From the NCBI RefSeq assembly GCF_000315625.1, contig NW_005434666.1:481877-545876 (forward strand): a stretch of DNA of 64,000 bases, in the 5' to 3' direction. This document shows, in pieces, positions 37,975-53,562 of this stretch (position 1 is its first letter; every line of letters begins with the position of its first letter). The notes under the pieces were generated by a model. That model had not been told where the DNA came from. It ran no database searches and saw nothing but the letters and a program-made list of their open reading frames with translations. A program made the position numbers and the translations under genes. Source of the stretch: Guillardia theta CCMP2712. Its lineage: Eukaryota > Protista > Cryptophyta.

Positions 37975-38900
37975 ATTTACAGGTCGTAAGGTACAGAGGT
38001 ATCAACAAAGAAAATGCAGAGGGAGGGAGGAAGCCATGTCGTTGTTCTGCGGCAGGCGCATCAGCTTCCAGGTGCTCAAGGAGTCGCGTCCTCCATGTTC
38101 ATCTCATCTTCCGCTTGCTTCGCAGAGGCGATGATGTCACGTGGGATCGACGCAACCAGCCCCTGCCCCACCATGACAGAAGTCAGCAACACCAACATCC
38201 TCTCAGGCTGACTCACTGTGATGTTCGGGTTCAGCCTCACGTTCTCATCCGACAGCGCCTTCTGCATGTCCTCGAGCCACCTGAATACTATGAGACCCCG
38301 GAACAGAGAACGAACACCATTCACTTTTTGACGGAATCGGGCATCGTCTGCTCCAAAGTCAACCACGATACCCAGTCAGGCAGGTTTGCTCACCAGAGAC
38401 ACGTTGTTCGTGATGTTCAACATGCCCTCCTCCTGGATCTTCTTGGCCTGCGCACGACTGGGTCAGTCGCCGCGGGCCCCGGCAAGAAATGTTCACCTCG
38501 TCAATCAGCTGTTTTTGGCTGTCGGTCAGATGACTTTCTCCTGCCGTCTTCGTCACTACCCTCTGCTTTCTCCTCCCACGATCAACGACCTAAAGGCTGA
38601 GTACCCGGCAGAGGGACAGTCCCATCTTGCTCCCCCTTCGCCTGTGCCCATAGCGGGTCTGCGGGGAGCGGCGAGGCGACGCCGGTGGAGTTGATCTGGG
38701 AAGCGGATCAACATTCAATGTATCGACAACGACCATGTCAGACCTCCTCCAAGGAAGAATCAGTCGCATTGTCGTCGCCTTGGAATGAGAATGAGAGGGC
38801 GATGATGGCGATGCAGCATGTGACCGCCGTTGCAATGCCTGCATCCAAGTTAGTGGTACAACCGACAGGTTGGAAGGATTACGTAAAGCCACGTGCTTCT
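37975..38900 (-). CDS. hypothetical protein, multi-exon
   Basis: Coding-like exons at 38076-38366 and 38590-38892; no domain recognised. Confidence 0.4.
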
Positions 38901-39845
38901 TATGAGGCCTTAGAGGCGAGTGTGCACAAACTCTGTAGAACTATTCGTTAGCACTCTGATCATAGAACTCACAAAACCATTGTAAATGTGGGCCAAAGGA
39001 CATCACACCGTCATCGTGCATAGTTCGTTCAGTTGCATCACGTTCGGACAGGAAACACACAAAAACAACATGTTTGAATGTAAGTTTATCTCATATCTCA
39101 TGGTCCCTTTAAGATCACCATCTCGTTTTCAATATATTCCAGACATCCCTCATTCGTTACAATCTCATGAGATCGCACGTTCCCTCAGTAATATAGATCG
39201 GCCTCGTCGCCGTTCCATTCTCCTTGCCTCCGAGATGTTTCCCCTCCATCATCTTCTCCGCCTCTTGTCCTTGACATCACTTCCTATCCTTCTACTCTCC
39301 TTCTCCCCTCCTCCCCTCCTCCCTTCACTTACAATTGTTGATGTTGTCGACCCTCCATTACAGCATGAACGGGGTCGCCCTGAAATAGACCCACTAAAAT
39401 GTAACTGAAATGTAACGCCTAGACAGCGTTACACTCCGTTTCTAAAAAAGAAAAAAGAAGGTGGATCGATCCAGGTGGGCTTAAAATGAGAACCAAGTTT
39501 GCAACTTTGACAACTATGAAGACTTCTGCGTCAAGTTTTCGATCAGTCGGGTTGGTGCGTATTTAGAACTTTGGAACTCTTTGAAGTTTTCCTATGGTAT
39601 TACCAAACTATTGTGACTATGTCTTAATTTAGGCCCACACGAGGCCAACGACCCCTTCCTTAGTCTTAGTTGAATTGACCAGGTGGGGGTAGTACACACT
39701 CTATGTCAGGAGAGATTAAGGGGGGTAGATCATGGGAGAAGAAGGGGTTATTAGACAGTGTAGGTGGGAGGGTGGAGGGGTAGGGTTACATGGTTGGTGC
39801 GGAAGGGGTAGGGGGTGGTGGATGGGCGAAAGGAGCGCATCTAGG

Positions 39846-42348
<2,503 letters not shown>

Positions 42349-42609
42349 GCGCTAAAAGTTCGCAAACCGAGAGATAGGAAGGACAAGATACCATTCTCAA
42401 TCTGAACTTTTCAACTCCCTTATCTTGGAATGTGTCACTGCTGATGGTGCGATTCATTTGAGATCAAGCCTTACTTAGTTGCAGCAACTTTTCAAGCATT
42501 TATTTTTGTTATCACAATGACAACCTTCCGAACGGAGGAAAATTACATTTCAAAAAAGTAGAGTGAATTACAGTATGGAACAAGCAGAGCTGGTTTTGGA
42601 GGAATGAGA

Positions 42610-43137
42610 TCACTTCATATCCAGCAACAGGTAGGCTGCATCCGTAAACATGAGCGGTGAAAATGAACAGTTTGCAATCAACGTGCGCGGGCTCGAGACG
42701 CGCCAACTTCTCTGCTGAGAAACACGCTGTATGTTGGATGGAGAAGGCCTGGGTGGGATGTACGTCACACCCGTTGGTTTCTTCAAAGGATTGATGTACG
42801 ACTGTAAGGATGACCTCCTGTTTGATGAGCCCACTGGGCAGTAGACACAGCTTCTCCTCTTCAGCATCTTGCTCCTTTCAGCGCTCTTTGAAGGATCCAT
42901 TTCGTTGCTGGCCATGATGGCAACCGAATGTCGTTTCTGGATTCGAGGATTCGATGGAGGCGGATGTGATTGTACGACAGGCTTGATCCTCATTAGTTTC
43001 GATTTCCTTAGACTTCGAACCACATCCTTAATGACGCCTGTGCGTTTCAACTCATCGTAGAAATACAAATCAGCAATGTTGGGATGCGTTATCTTGCTTT
43101 TGGCAGGGTTTTTCTGCTTGCATGACACATAAGACAT
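42610..43137 (-). CDS. hypothetical basic protein
   Basis: Open frame from MSYVSCKQ; no domain recognised. Confidence 0.4.
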   Translation of the reverse strand: MSYVSCKQKNPAKSKITHPNIADLYFYDELKRTGVIKDVVRSLRKSKLMRIKPVVQSHPPPSNPRIQKRHSVAIMASNEMDPSKSAERSKMLKRRSCVYCPVGSSNRRSSLQSYINPLKKPTGVTYIPPRPSPSNIQRVSQQRSWRVSSPRTLIANCSFSPLMFTDAAYLLLDMK

Positions 43138-44079
43138 TTTCTGTACAGATAGAATGCTAACAGTCGTCCAGAAGATATGGACACTTTGCAAACTTCGATT
43201 GAAAGAACCTATTCTAATCCCACTGTCAAGCACGTGGAAGGCAATGGCGTCAACTATAAACCGCAGGCCGGAAGACTGTTGAGGGAGGGGAGGAGGGAGG
43301 TTAGCAGGAGAGATATCCTGGGGGGTCTGATAGCTAGCTTTAGATGCGAGGAGGGTTGCGGAGCAAAAGGGAAGTTGGACGGAGCGGATGACAACCGGGA
43401 TGTGTCTCGATCTGGGGGGGGCGGAGGAGTGCGGCATGGCAGGTGGAAAACAAGCTTACAGGCTGAAAAGGGGGGTCACAACATTCAAGGGGGTCGCTTC
43501 AAGGGGAAGAGTACGGGTATCTTTAGTGGAAATTCAGGGGTCCATAAAACTACAGTGAGGGGTGAGGGAGTTGGGGTGGGGGTCACCATTTCTGTTCTTT
43601 TTTGTGCTGACAAGATAATGAAAAAGGGATACAACCAACCGTAGAACATGAGAGTAGGGGGTGGTAAGGGTGGTGGAGGGAGGGGTCGTACCTTCTGGAT
43701 ACTTTTTACTAGGAACGTGGGGGTCCTCTTGCACGAATTGACTAGGAGAGGTGAAGTAGGTGTAGCGTGTCACCAGGTCGGCAGCGGGGGGAGGGAGGGG
43801 GTGGGTGGGTTGACTGGGAGGAGGAGCTAAAGGACAGTACACGTCGCCGAGGAGCTAAAAGGCTCTCACGAAGTGATGCCATTAAGACTGAGATATGAGA
43901 CCGTGAGGTCCATCCGATCGACTCCCCCACTACCGTAGACGGCACGCCCGATGATCTGCCCCGTTGACCACCCGAGGGGCTCACTGCCGGTAAGTTATAA
44001 CTCATTATAGGCTGCGGCATCAGCCACTTAGGAGCCGCACCGTCATCATGCACCTGATTTTTAGCGATGATGACATCAG

Positions 44080-44330
44080 GGCCCGTCAGCCAGCCCGTGA
44101 CTTCCAAGTTCAGACTCGGCTTCTGTAGGCCGGCGCAGCAATGATCTCGTCTGGCACCGTCACGGCGAGGACCGCTGGGGCGGGCCCCACTGGGGTGACC
44201 CGGGCCTCAGTCACGATTCTCCGAAAGAATCCGACGCCGGATCATAGTGTGACGCGCAGTTGCCCGGATTCAAGTCAAGTGTGACTCGAGTCGGACCGAG
44301 AGGCCCGGCCGACTCCGGCGAGTGGTCGAC
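44080..44330. promoter_or_regulatory. extended GC-rich island upstream of the secreted-protein gene
   Basis: ggggtgacccgggcctcagtcac, gtgactcgagtcggaccgagaggcccggccgactccgg. Confidence 0.5.
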
Positions 44331-44484
44331 CATCATTCGCTGCTGTTATCAACGAATCGAAGAGCCATTGCGGGAGTTCAGCGAGAGGTGAGGAGAGAGG
44401 AGGGGGAGGCGAGAGAGCTGAGAGTGAAGAAGTAAGACTAGAGGAGAGGTAAGAGGAGAGGCGAGGAGAGGCCCTGGCTCAACT

Positions 44485-46540
44485 ATGAGGGCATCTCAAC
44501 CGTTGCGGGGACTTGCCCTCGCAGCTCTAGGGCTTTTCCTCCTTTCGATGGCTGCCTTCATCTATTTCCTCAGTCCTGGAGATTCCACCCTGGTGAGTCA
44601 ACCTGAAAGAGGATCCCTGTAACCTTATACCCCATCATGAGTGCTTCGTGAAAGGCTTCATCTCAACTCGCCCCATTGCTTCCTATTTATGCCTCTGGCC
44701 TCCCTTTGTACCCACATACCGGTTGATTCGACGGTTTCACTGCCCCAGCCTTCGTGCATTTGAGTGTTTGATGTCATCTGATTCAGCATTGGTGTAGGAT
44801 CAGAAGATTCGACATAGCATTGTGAATGACTGTACGCACATGAACGGCTGGATGCCGAAGGATCCAACCTGCATGGAAGAAAGAACAGCGACCGCTGGAA
44901 AATGCTGTCCCGCTGATAATGATGATCATAGTGCCCTTATGTTCACACCGGGCGGGCTGCCATGCTGTGTCGCGGGGGTTGCGAAGAAGGTACTTGATGC
45001 CTGTGACGCTTCGACAAGTGATGGTTGCAATCAGCAGAGCGCTCAAGTCACCAGACGAGTCTTGAAGGGCAGCCTCCAACAGCTGTTTGGTCTGCCTCCC
45101 TTTCAGAATTCTGGTCCACCTTGGCACCTTGCTCCGATCGTTATCAACTACAAGTATGAGCCTGCAAAGCGGAAGGACCCTCCCACGCAAGCGCTTCAGG
45201 TTGACAAATCGGATGATAACTCCACGTTTGCTCCAGGATATCCTGAGATCCCTAGTAGCCCCGACGATATTCTGCTGTACCCCAGGAGAGCTGCTTCAGT
45301 CTGGGTGCATGCAGGCATGAATGATGCACCAGGAACGACCTTGGATCAACAGCGGATCGCGTTAAATCTTCTGCAGCCTGAGATCGAAAGAAAGCAGAAA
45401 GATCTCGAGATGGAATTTCATGCTGCTCAAACGGGTCTTTCAAATTTCACCAACTCAGAAAACGTGTCGGTACATGTGGTAAATGCGCCTTTGGCTGTGT
45501 ACTCCGTGATGCAAAGAAGCAAGGCGATGATTGATGAAATCAAGAATTGGAGCTCGGACAATCGGAATCGTGGAGAGGAAAAGAATCTTACAAGTGTTGA
45601 TGGGGACAATTCACAGGAAGCGGCGACCTCGGAACGCTCTGATCAATCTTTCCTGAAAGATGCTGACTCTCAAAGAAGTCTTGATCAGATCCTGAAAAGT
45701 TTCCATGATGTGAGATATCATGGTATGACTTACGTGCCTGTTTTCATACCGGACTCACAGAGAAAAAGTGTTCATGACTCCCCACAGCCATCAGATTCGA
45801 AACCTTTGGCTCGTCCTCAGATGAGATTGCAGAGATCCACAAAGGGAATGAAAGATCGACAAATTCATCAAAGGGTCAAGAATATTGTGCAGAGGTTGAA
45901 ACGAAGTTTGAATCCAGTGCAGCAAAGTACAGCAAAGCCGAAACCATTAAAGGTGCTAAGCACGCTGACGGCTTCAGAAGCGGAGAAAATACATGAAATT
46001 GCCGAAAAATTGCAGAAATCAAGCAAGCAGGATGCGTTTCGAAGTGCCGTGCATAATCTTGAAAAAGCTGAAAATGATCTGGTCTCAGCCATGACACAGA
46101 ATCACGTATTTCACAAGCAGCTCGTCACCCATCTCAAACGCTCTGCCGCTCCTCGGATGCCCTCGCCTCCATCCATCACCGCCTCGACTCTACATCATGC
46201 CCACAAGGTGAACATGCTTGAAGGAGATGAGCAGAACAATCAGGACGAGGACAAAGATCAGAGCCAAAGCGATGAGACACCGCGAATGTACCCTGAAGAC
46301 GAACATGTCGGATCCTGGTACCAGTATGATAGAAACAGACACCTCAAGCGCCTTGCCCTCGAGTTCTGCCATGGCCAATTTGTGACCAGACATGAAGTCA
46401 TGTTCTGTCTCAGAAATTTGCTTCGCTCTCCTGACAAGACAAAACAAGAAGCATCGCTAAGAAACGACGAGGTAAACCGTTTTTATGTTGTGCAATGTTG
46501 ACACTTTCGTCAGGCCTTCTTACTGGGAAAAGAGTCATGA
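44485..46540 (+). CDS. secreted/membrane-anchored hypothetical protein with N-terminal Cys-rich module
   Basis: Exon 1 MRASQPLRGLALAALGLFLLSMAAFIYFL.. then GTGAGT donor; long exon about 44798-46471; short last exon to TGA at 46540. Confidence 0.75.
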
Positions 46541-46594
46541 AGGACTGTTTGTAAATATTGCTTTATTCATTCAACGGGACATCAAAAGGATTCG

Positions 46595-47936
46595 TCATTG
46601 CCTGACGTCAGCACAAGGGCGCTCACAGCAGCGTGGCATTTCTTTTTGGCTGCTGCAGATCCGCTGGTCGGGAAGGAAATCACGTGCATGTAGCGAAAGC
46701 GTTGCGAGCTTGAGGAAGGAAACAAGGAACTTTATTTTCAAGGAGGGCAAGGGCAAGGTGGGAAATTACTCATTACGTAAATATGTCTCTGCAGACTCAG
46801 AAAGTATCCTGCAAACAACTTTGTAAAGGAACGAGCAAACTCTCAACCAAACTTGCCTGAAAAATTTGAAGTCCCGAAGACTGACAGACTGAAAAACTTT
46901 CAAGAAGTCTCGCACGCTGATCTCTAGCATTCTACAGGGCGTAACAGCTTCGACATCAACTGTCCTCGAAGCTGAATGGCAACACCACTCCTCCTTGAGG
47001 AAATTCATGCACGTCACTAGGAAAGCAATCTCTCCGATGTAATCTCCACTCTGCATCTTGTTCACAACCTTGCGTTCTGAAAGTGCAACTGCTTCTCCCT
47101 GATCGATGAAGTACTGCATGATGAGTCACAGATGGCGATGCTTTCGGTTTCAACAATTCCAGAGCCTCACCATGGTTGTTCCCAGACTGCCTCTCTTGAT
47201 CACTGTCTCCCCTGGCATGAAATGCCGAACTTTCATTCTTGAGATACAATCCACAAGTAGTTCATCGGGAAGCTCCTCGAAAAGTCTGAACTTCTTGCGA
47301 GCCTCTGCCAAAAGATTGTTCATGTTTTCTCTTGCTCTCGTGTCGCCCTCATCTTGGCCCTGCTACTTGATTAATGAAAGATTTTAACGTCACGAGTGCA
47401 GATCCGTTTTCTTCTCTGTCAGCTGCTGCTGCTGCTGCTCCTGCGGCTGCTGCTACGATTGACTCACAGTGTGACTTTTGACTAATGCTTCTACGACTAC
47501 GACTGCGACTGCGACTACGACTACTACACGTCAAAAGAAAGGGCTAGATAGCAAACAAAGTGCATTGCAGCAGCATTGTTGGATTGTCTCTTACCTTTCT
47601 TTCTTGCTGCAATCCTGACTGTATCTCAACATGAGAGTAGCCACAATCTGCACTTGGCACTGGGTACACTTGTATCCCGTTCTCGTTGATACTGAAAATT
47701 TTGTGACTTGTCGCGACGTCAAATTCTTCGTTGCTCAGTCTCCTCTCTCTACTCTCTCCTATTTCTGGGTCATTCATCTCCTCCTTCTCCTCCTCCTCGT
47801 TGTCGTCCTCTTTGTCGTGTTCTTCCTGCATCGCTCCGCCCCTCCCTTTTCGACTGACTTCTGCCATGTCGGGCGGCATGATCGCCGCCTGCAGCCATTG
47901 AATCGCCGATGTGACCTCCCGCAGTACGTCAGCCAT
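46595..47936 (-). CDS. cyclic-nucleotide-binding domain protein
   Basis: LFEELPDE..RMKVRHFMPGETVIKRGSLGTT/MYFIDQGEA..GDYIGEIAFL..RTVDVEAVTPCRMLEI; acidic and SR-repeat N-terminal region. Confidence 0.85.
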
Positions 47937-48430
47937 GGATACCTCAGGACGTAGATGAACGTCGCACAAAGGCACCTTGGGGAGGGGGAGGGGGTGAGGG
48001 GAGGCTAGAAGTGAAATGAGGAGGGGTACGTCAAAGGAAGGTTCATGGCTGTCGAGGTGTATATTAAACTCATGGCGAGAGGTCGAATATTTTATAAGTA
48101 TGACACATATGAAAATTGATAGGTGATGGACTTAGCAGTGGGAGAAACAAGGACCTTTGAACTTCCGTGAGATCAATTCTAAAAAGGGTGGGGTCCGACT
48201 ATGGGAAAAGTGGGGTAGGGTGGGACTCCCGGAATGATCGGAGTTGCACTAAAAAGAACAGTCAATGAAAGAAAACCTCTGTAAAAGGAAAAAAGAAGGA
48301 AACGCAAGTGAACAGAGCAGGAGCTTGCAGGCCGGGCGGGAATCGGGTGCGAGAGCGAGGTCAGAAGGAAGCTTCCCAGTCAGTGACTAGCGTCTTCCTC
48401 CTCTGCTTCCACACTCCTGATAGCAAGAAG

Positions 48431-49644
48431 ATGTTACCCTTAGGTCCGCTGCCTGTCAGAAGTATGGTCCCAACTCCAGCAGGCTTGAAGCTTGCCGCAT
48501 TGAGCACCCTTTACAAATTCTCAGTGATGTCATTCAACATGCTTGCTCAATGCTACACGAGATCTGAATTCTTTCCAAACGTTCAGCCAAAAGCAGAATT
48601 GAAGTGGAACCGCCGCGGACCAAAGATTGTGGACGAGATCCTTCGGTATGCTCCCGACGTCGTGTGCTTGCAGGAGTGTGATTGCTGGGATGATTTCCTC
48701 CTAGCAAAGATGCAGTCGAATGGCTTCTTTGGGATCTGGAAACAAAAGTCTGGGAAGAAAGATGGAGTAGCCATTCTCTGGAAGACCGAGAAGTTCAACT
48801 TGATAAGGCAGGATTCGGTCGAGTACAACCTCAAGGGCGGAGTTGGTATCATGGCAATGCTCCAACCAAAGCCCGATGCTGGGCAGGACACCTCTCCAGC
48901 ATTCTGCGTTGCGAACACGCACTTGTTCTGGAACCCCGAGATGGAATATATCAAGCTCAAACAAGCGCAGATTTACCTCAGTAGGATTTCAGACTTCGCG
49001 GCCGGCGCATCCTGCGTGGTGTGTGGTGATCTTAACTCAATGCCGAGCTCAGACTGTTACTCTCTCTTCATCAGCGGCAAGGTCACTCATACTTACACAC
49101 CTGTCGTGAGCGACGACGAGGTCAGTGGGCAAGTGCAAGGTGGCGGAGAGACCACCACAGAAGTGTTCAGCAGCCCCCTAGAGCTCACCTCTGCGTATGA
49201 TCCTCCCCCGGTACCTTCTTTTTACAAACGGTTGCAGTGACTGACCGCCGTGTCAAGGAGTTCACAACTTTAACTGACAACTTTCGTGGCTGTCTTGATC
49301 ACATCTTCATCACGAAAAACTTTCAGGTGGAGACTTTACTTCCCTCCACTTCCTTGGCTCCTCTTCCATTCCTTTCATTCGCCTTTCCCGTTTCCTTCCC
49401 CTCTCCCCACCTTGTTCTAATAGCGCTTGCTTGCCTGAGTGCCAATCTAAGAATTGAACATCAATTCTACAGACAATTTCGTGCCTTGAGATGTTTCGCG
49501 AAGAAACAATCTTGGAGGTTCACATGTATGCAAGCATTGCTCGAAATGACATGTCATTCAATCCAGGAGAAGTCTCTTCCTTCTTCAAGATATCCAAGCG
49601 ATCACATGGCTTGCATGGCTTGCATCACTTACCTCGAACATTGA
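48431..49644 (+). CDS. CCR4/nocturnin/PDE12-family EEP nuclease (deadenylase-like)
   Basis: FSVMSFNMLA, PDVVCLQE, DGVAILWK, VANTHLFWNP, VCGDLNSMP, FT..F.GCLDHIF, LPS..YPSDH. Confidence 0.93.
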
Positions 49645-49741
49645 AATTGATACATGTATTGAATATCAACAAGCCAGAAAAAAGAGATTTCTAACCAAAG
49701 AAGATAAATAATCCTCAGATCCACTGTGACGCAGAGTTTTT

Positions 49742-50635
49742 TCAAATCTCATGAGGATGCTTCAAACCTAGATTCTTGCATATTTGGTTGCAGACATGTG
49801 TTTCGAAGAATTTGGCAATTCCGGTCGTCCCACTGTTTCCCCGTCCAAAAAAACCTTCTTGGCTCGAGACACAGTGAATCTGCGGGTCCGTCAAGAATTG
49901 TTGAACCCCTGAATGTCACAAACAAGCATTTTTCCATTCGATTTCTCGTATGTGAAATGGCTGAACGCCTGCGGCAGAAGGCAGAAGGTATCAACATGGC
50001 CATTGTTATCATTGTGTTTGACATACTGTCCATTCAGCTTAGGCTCAATACAAAAATACTTGTTCTTTGAGTCACCATCCAGTATTTTGCAAACATATAC
50101 AGGAACGAATTTCATATTTGATGATCCAACTTTGGCATTGAAATCTTGCGCAAAATCGTTTGCAAGCAACTGATTTCGTTTGTTAGCAATGTGGTTCATC
50201 CAATATAGTCACAGATACCTGATTCATCACTGAGTTGAAATATACAGATGGATCCACGTCCTTTTTGCAACGCTTTGCCACCTGGAACAAACGATTAGGA
50301 CCAAAAACAGAAAGCATTGTAGTAACCATTTCCTCCACGCGACCATCCGGATGTAAAATTTGCATTTCATAGCAGTATCGAAAACTTCCTTCTGCAAATG
50401 GTCGTCTTGCAATCCTTATGTACATTTCATTCTTGATCCAACAATCGTCATCTTTGTCAAAGGCAAAACGGACTGCCTTGAGTTCCTTCCAGCTGTTTCT
50501 CCCTTCTGTCCCAGAACGGTTTGGTATGTCGAAAGGGCAACTTACGTTTCTCCGCAAAATTCCTAATCCTGAGGGCTTGCATCTATCCGGCGAATCATCT
50601 CTTCTCAAGGACTCCAAGCTCTTGATCCGTCTCAT
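49742..50635 (-). pseudogene. alpha-kinase (MHCK/eEF2K family) with a single 1-nt frameshift; pseudogene, sequencing error or recoded gene
   Basis: PFAEGSFRYCY, VAK, IEP.L.G.YVKHNDNNG, PQAFSHFTYEKS..LVCDIQG, then a shift at GGGG (49906-49909) to VQQFLTDPQIH..FGRGNSG..GIAKFFETHVCNQICKNLGL. Confidence 0.85.
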
Positions 50636-51089
50636 TGTAGAAGCGGGGTCGGAGTTGAAACTCCTCCTTGCCTTCCAACCTCTTGTACGCTACTGTTTGT
50701 TCACGAGGAGAGCAAGAGCTTCAGTATGTCTCCCGTCTAGTTGATGTTGCACTCCTACTCGTGTCTTGAACTGCCTGTGTGCTTCCCTTGAAGTTTCTCT
50801 CCTTCGCCACACTGCTCCTTCACCGCGCCTGCATCCCTCGCCCCTCTTCAACCATTGTAGTGGTTGATTTAGTGACCCCACCCACCCCACCCCACCCCCG
50901 TATATCCGCCTTGCAGTGCCCCCTTCTCTTCTTACTGAACACCCACCCCCGTGACTTGAACCCCCGTAGAACGTGATCTCACCCCGGACTGTCTCCACCC
51001 CCTTGTTGCAGGCAATTGGCCCCTTACCCTGACCCCTCCGTGCCACCTGCGGCTTATATCATTGCTCAGATTATAATATACCTGCCCAA

Positions 51090-51186
51090 CAGGCCCGCCC
51101 CGGCGGGCCTCACTCAGTGCCATTCGCCGGCCGGCCCGACTGATCGGGTCGGACATGGCGCCGGGGATGGCCTCAGCGACCGACTC
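51090..51186. promoter_or_regulatory. GC-rich island upstream of the alpha-kinase
   Basis: ggcccgccccggcgggcc, ccggccggcccgactgatcgggtcgga, ccgactcc. Confidence 0.5.
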
Positions 51187-51849
51187 CATGAAGAGAACAT
51201 TCCATTGGGTTCTCGACTGGATTTGTTTGTACCAGGCTAGCCTGTTTGTACCGAGGTATAATTGAGTTTTACCGGGTTCAAGGATTTTTGTATCAGGATC
51301 CCCTTTTCCCCTCCGTACTAAGTTTGTACTGTCAATGTCAGCAATTCCCGTGGGCTGGCAGAGCTCCCTCGACTATCACCTCTACACCACCCGTATGTTT
51401 CAGAAGAGATGAAGTCAGGGTAGGTAGTCTGAATTCAGGAGTGGGCGAGAATCATAAAAGTCTTGGGCATTCTGGTAGTGGAATTGACGCTGAAAAGCAA
51501 TCTCTTCGATTGCCGTTAGCCTGTAGTAGGATTCGAACGCGTGGTCAAACAGCACCCACCTGAGCTAGAGTCTTATACTCGAGGGGGGTGGCCGCGATGT
51601 GGGTTTGAATCGCCACGCCTTTGACCCCATTATTTCCACTCCAAACCTCCTTGTCGCGTAGGGTGGGTCACACTCTCGAGCGTTGCGAGTTTTACGGTTC
51701 GAATTTGACCAAGGTTCACCCTCTACCCCCCAGTCTCTGAATTTCAAATGGGAAAATGATGGGTAGGGGGTCCCCCCATTTGTCTCCACTCCAGCCCCCC
51801 CCTCCCTCGACGAACAAGAGATGGTGAGATTGTCCCATTGACGCGCGTA

Positions 51850-53470
51850 AGGACGATAATGAACAATGTGAGACTTCGAATCCAACCATGCATTGATATG
51901 CAGGAAACGAAGATACGGTTACTTGTCTATTTGTGATGACTTGGTCTCTTCTGTGAAATTCAAGAAGTAGCAAGAGATTTGAACTCAACATCTCTTCCTC
52001 AACATAAAGCCAATGCAACATCTCTATCATTACCACGCTGCCTCAAATTGCACTAAAACCACTTAGATCACTTAGCTTAGGCCGAAGATGATGTCAAAGC
52101 TGAGCAAAAAATTAAAAATCTTGCACAATGACGATTCATTCAAAATGTTCAAGTGTAATTTCAGAATGGACAGAAGATGGCATAGCAACAGCCGATCTCA
52201 GCATGTATTTTGAAACTGTGATGGTAAGCAAAAACATCATACGAAATAGTGTCTACCTTGTGTTTCTCTCTGTCTCATGGTCTACGGTATCCTTCGTGGC
52301 ACAAACCCATGTGGCCAGTGAGTTGCATCGGGAACACTGTAGATGTGCTGATTGGACAATGGCAGGTACATGATATGGTTGGCGATATTCAGAGTTTTAA
52401 GAAGATAATCGTTTGTATCAGATGCTTGCTTCAGACGTGTCGATATGAGATTCCTTTCTACGCTGATAATCACGGCAGTGAATCGTATCATCGTGTTACT
52501 GCGGCATTGCCGATGATGTTGATGAAGCATGTTTCATGACAACCCGTGCAAATGCTTATTCTCTCTGCAAATCCTGTCTCGCAATTGCTCCAACCATGCA
52601 ATTTCAGGAAAGTGTCTTGCACACTCCGAGATAGTATTGCATGTTTGACATCTAGGCTGTGATACCAGGGATCAAGCGATATATAGAGTAGGCAGAGGCT
52701 GTATCAGTCATGCAAACTTGAATCTGCGTAACAACAGTTTCTGAAGATTGTTTATTTGTTTATTTGCCAACAAATAAAAGATTCTTCACCATGATGGTGA
52801 TTACTGTGGTCCCTTGTATACAACAGCTCTGAAGCAGCACTGTCCTGGTAGTAGCGGCTCACAGAACACAAAGCACGCAAAGGACAGGAGGAACTTCGGG
52901 AGGATGTCACAGTAGACCGTATAACACTCTGAGATACACTTTTCAAAAGAAGGAGATGCAAACAAATAGAATGATGTTGCATGCAAATCGAAACAGAGGT
53001 GCCAGGATCCTAAATGAATCATGTTGGCAACAAGGTTTGAATTTTCACCAAAGATAATTGAAACTCTACTGATCACAATAGGGATGACAATGAGGATGTG
53101 TAAACAATCACATCTGCTAAGCGTTGCTATTTGTTGCCAAGCAGAAACGCACTTGTGAACAACCTGGCATAGATCACCGTGATCTTCATGATAGCGGATT
53201 CAACAACCAGGAGTTAAAAGAACCCGTAAGCCCAGGGTGCTATTTGTCCATCGAACTTCAATCGAACTCTGAAGTTGAGATAGGAAGGAACTTTGAATCT
53301 TCAAGATCAGGGGTTTATGTAAACTGGAAGGTGGCACATCTTGAAAGTCAATGTTTTCATTGGAGGACATATTATCTCCATTTCTTCTAGTCTCGATGCC
53401 TCTCAACGCAGCTGATTGTGGGCTTATGCGTGTTGCAACCCCAGGAAACAATCATCGTTGGCGCGACATG
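51850..53470 (-). CDS. possible multi-exon hypothetical gene
   Basis: Several short coding-like minus-strand stretches; no complete model could be built. Confidence 0.25.
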
Positions 53471-53562
53471 CGTGCCCGACCCATTGCGTCTGATTATAAA
53501 ATGTAACCAATCTGATTTCACACATCCAAAATATTTGCTAACACTTTGAAATTTGAAGGGAA

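Noticed and set aside
51529-51567. Pol III A-box (TAGCTCAGGTGG) and B-box (GTTCGAATCC) on the minus strand, suggesting a tRNA or SINE
   Set aside because: The boxes are only 17 nt apart and there is no T-stem, anticodon arm or acceptor stem; a genome-wide BLAST would be needed to rescue a SINE interpretation
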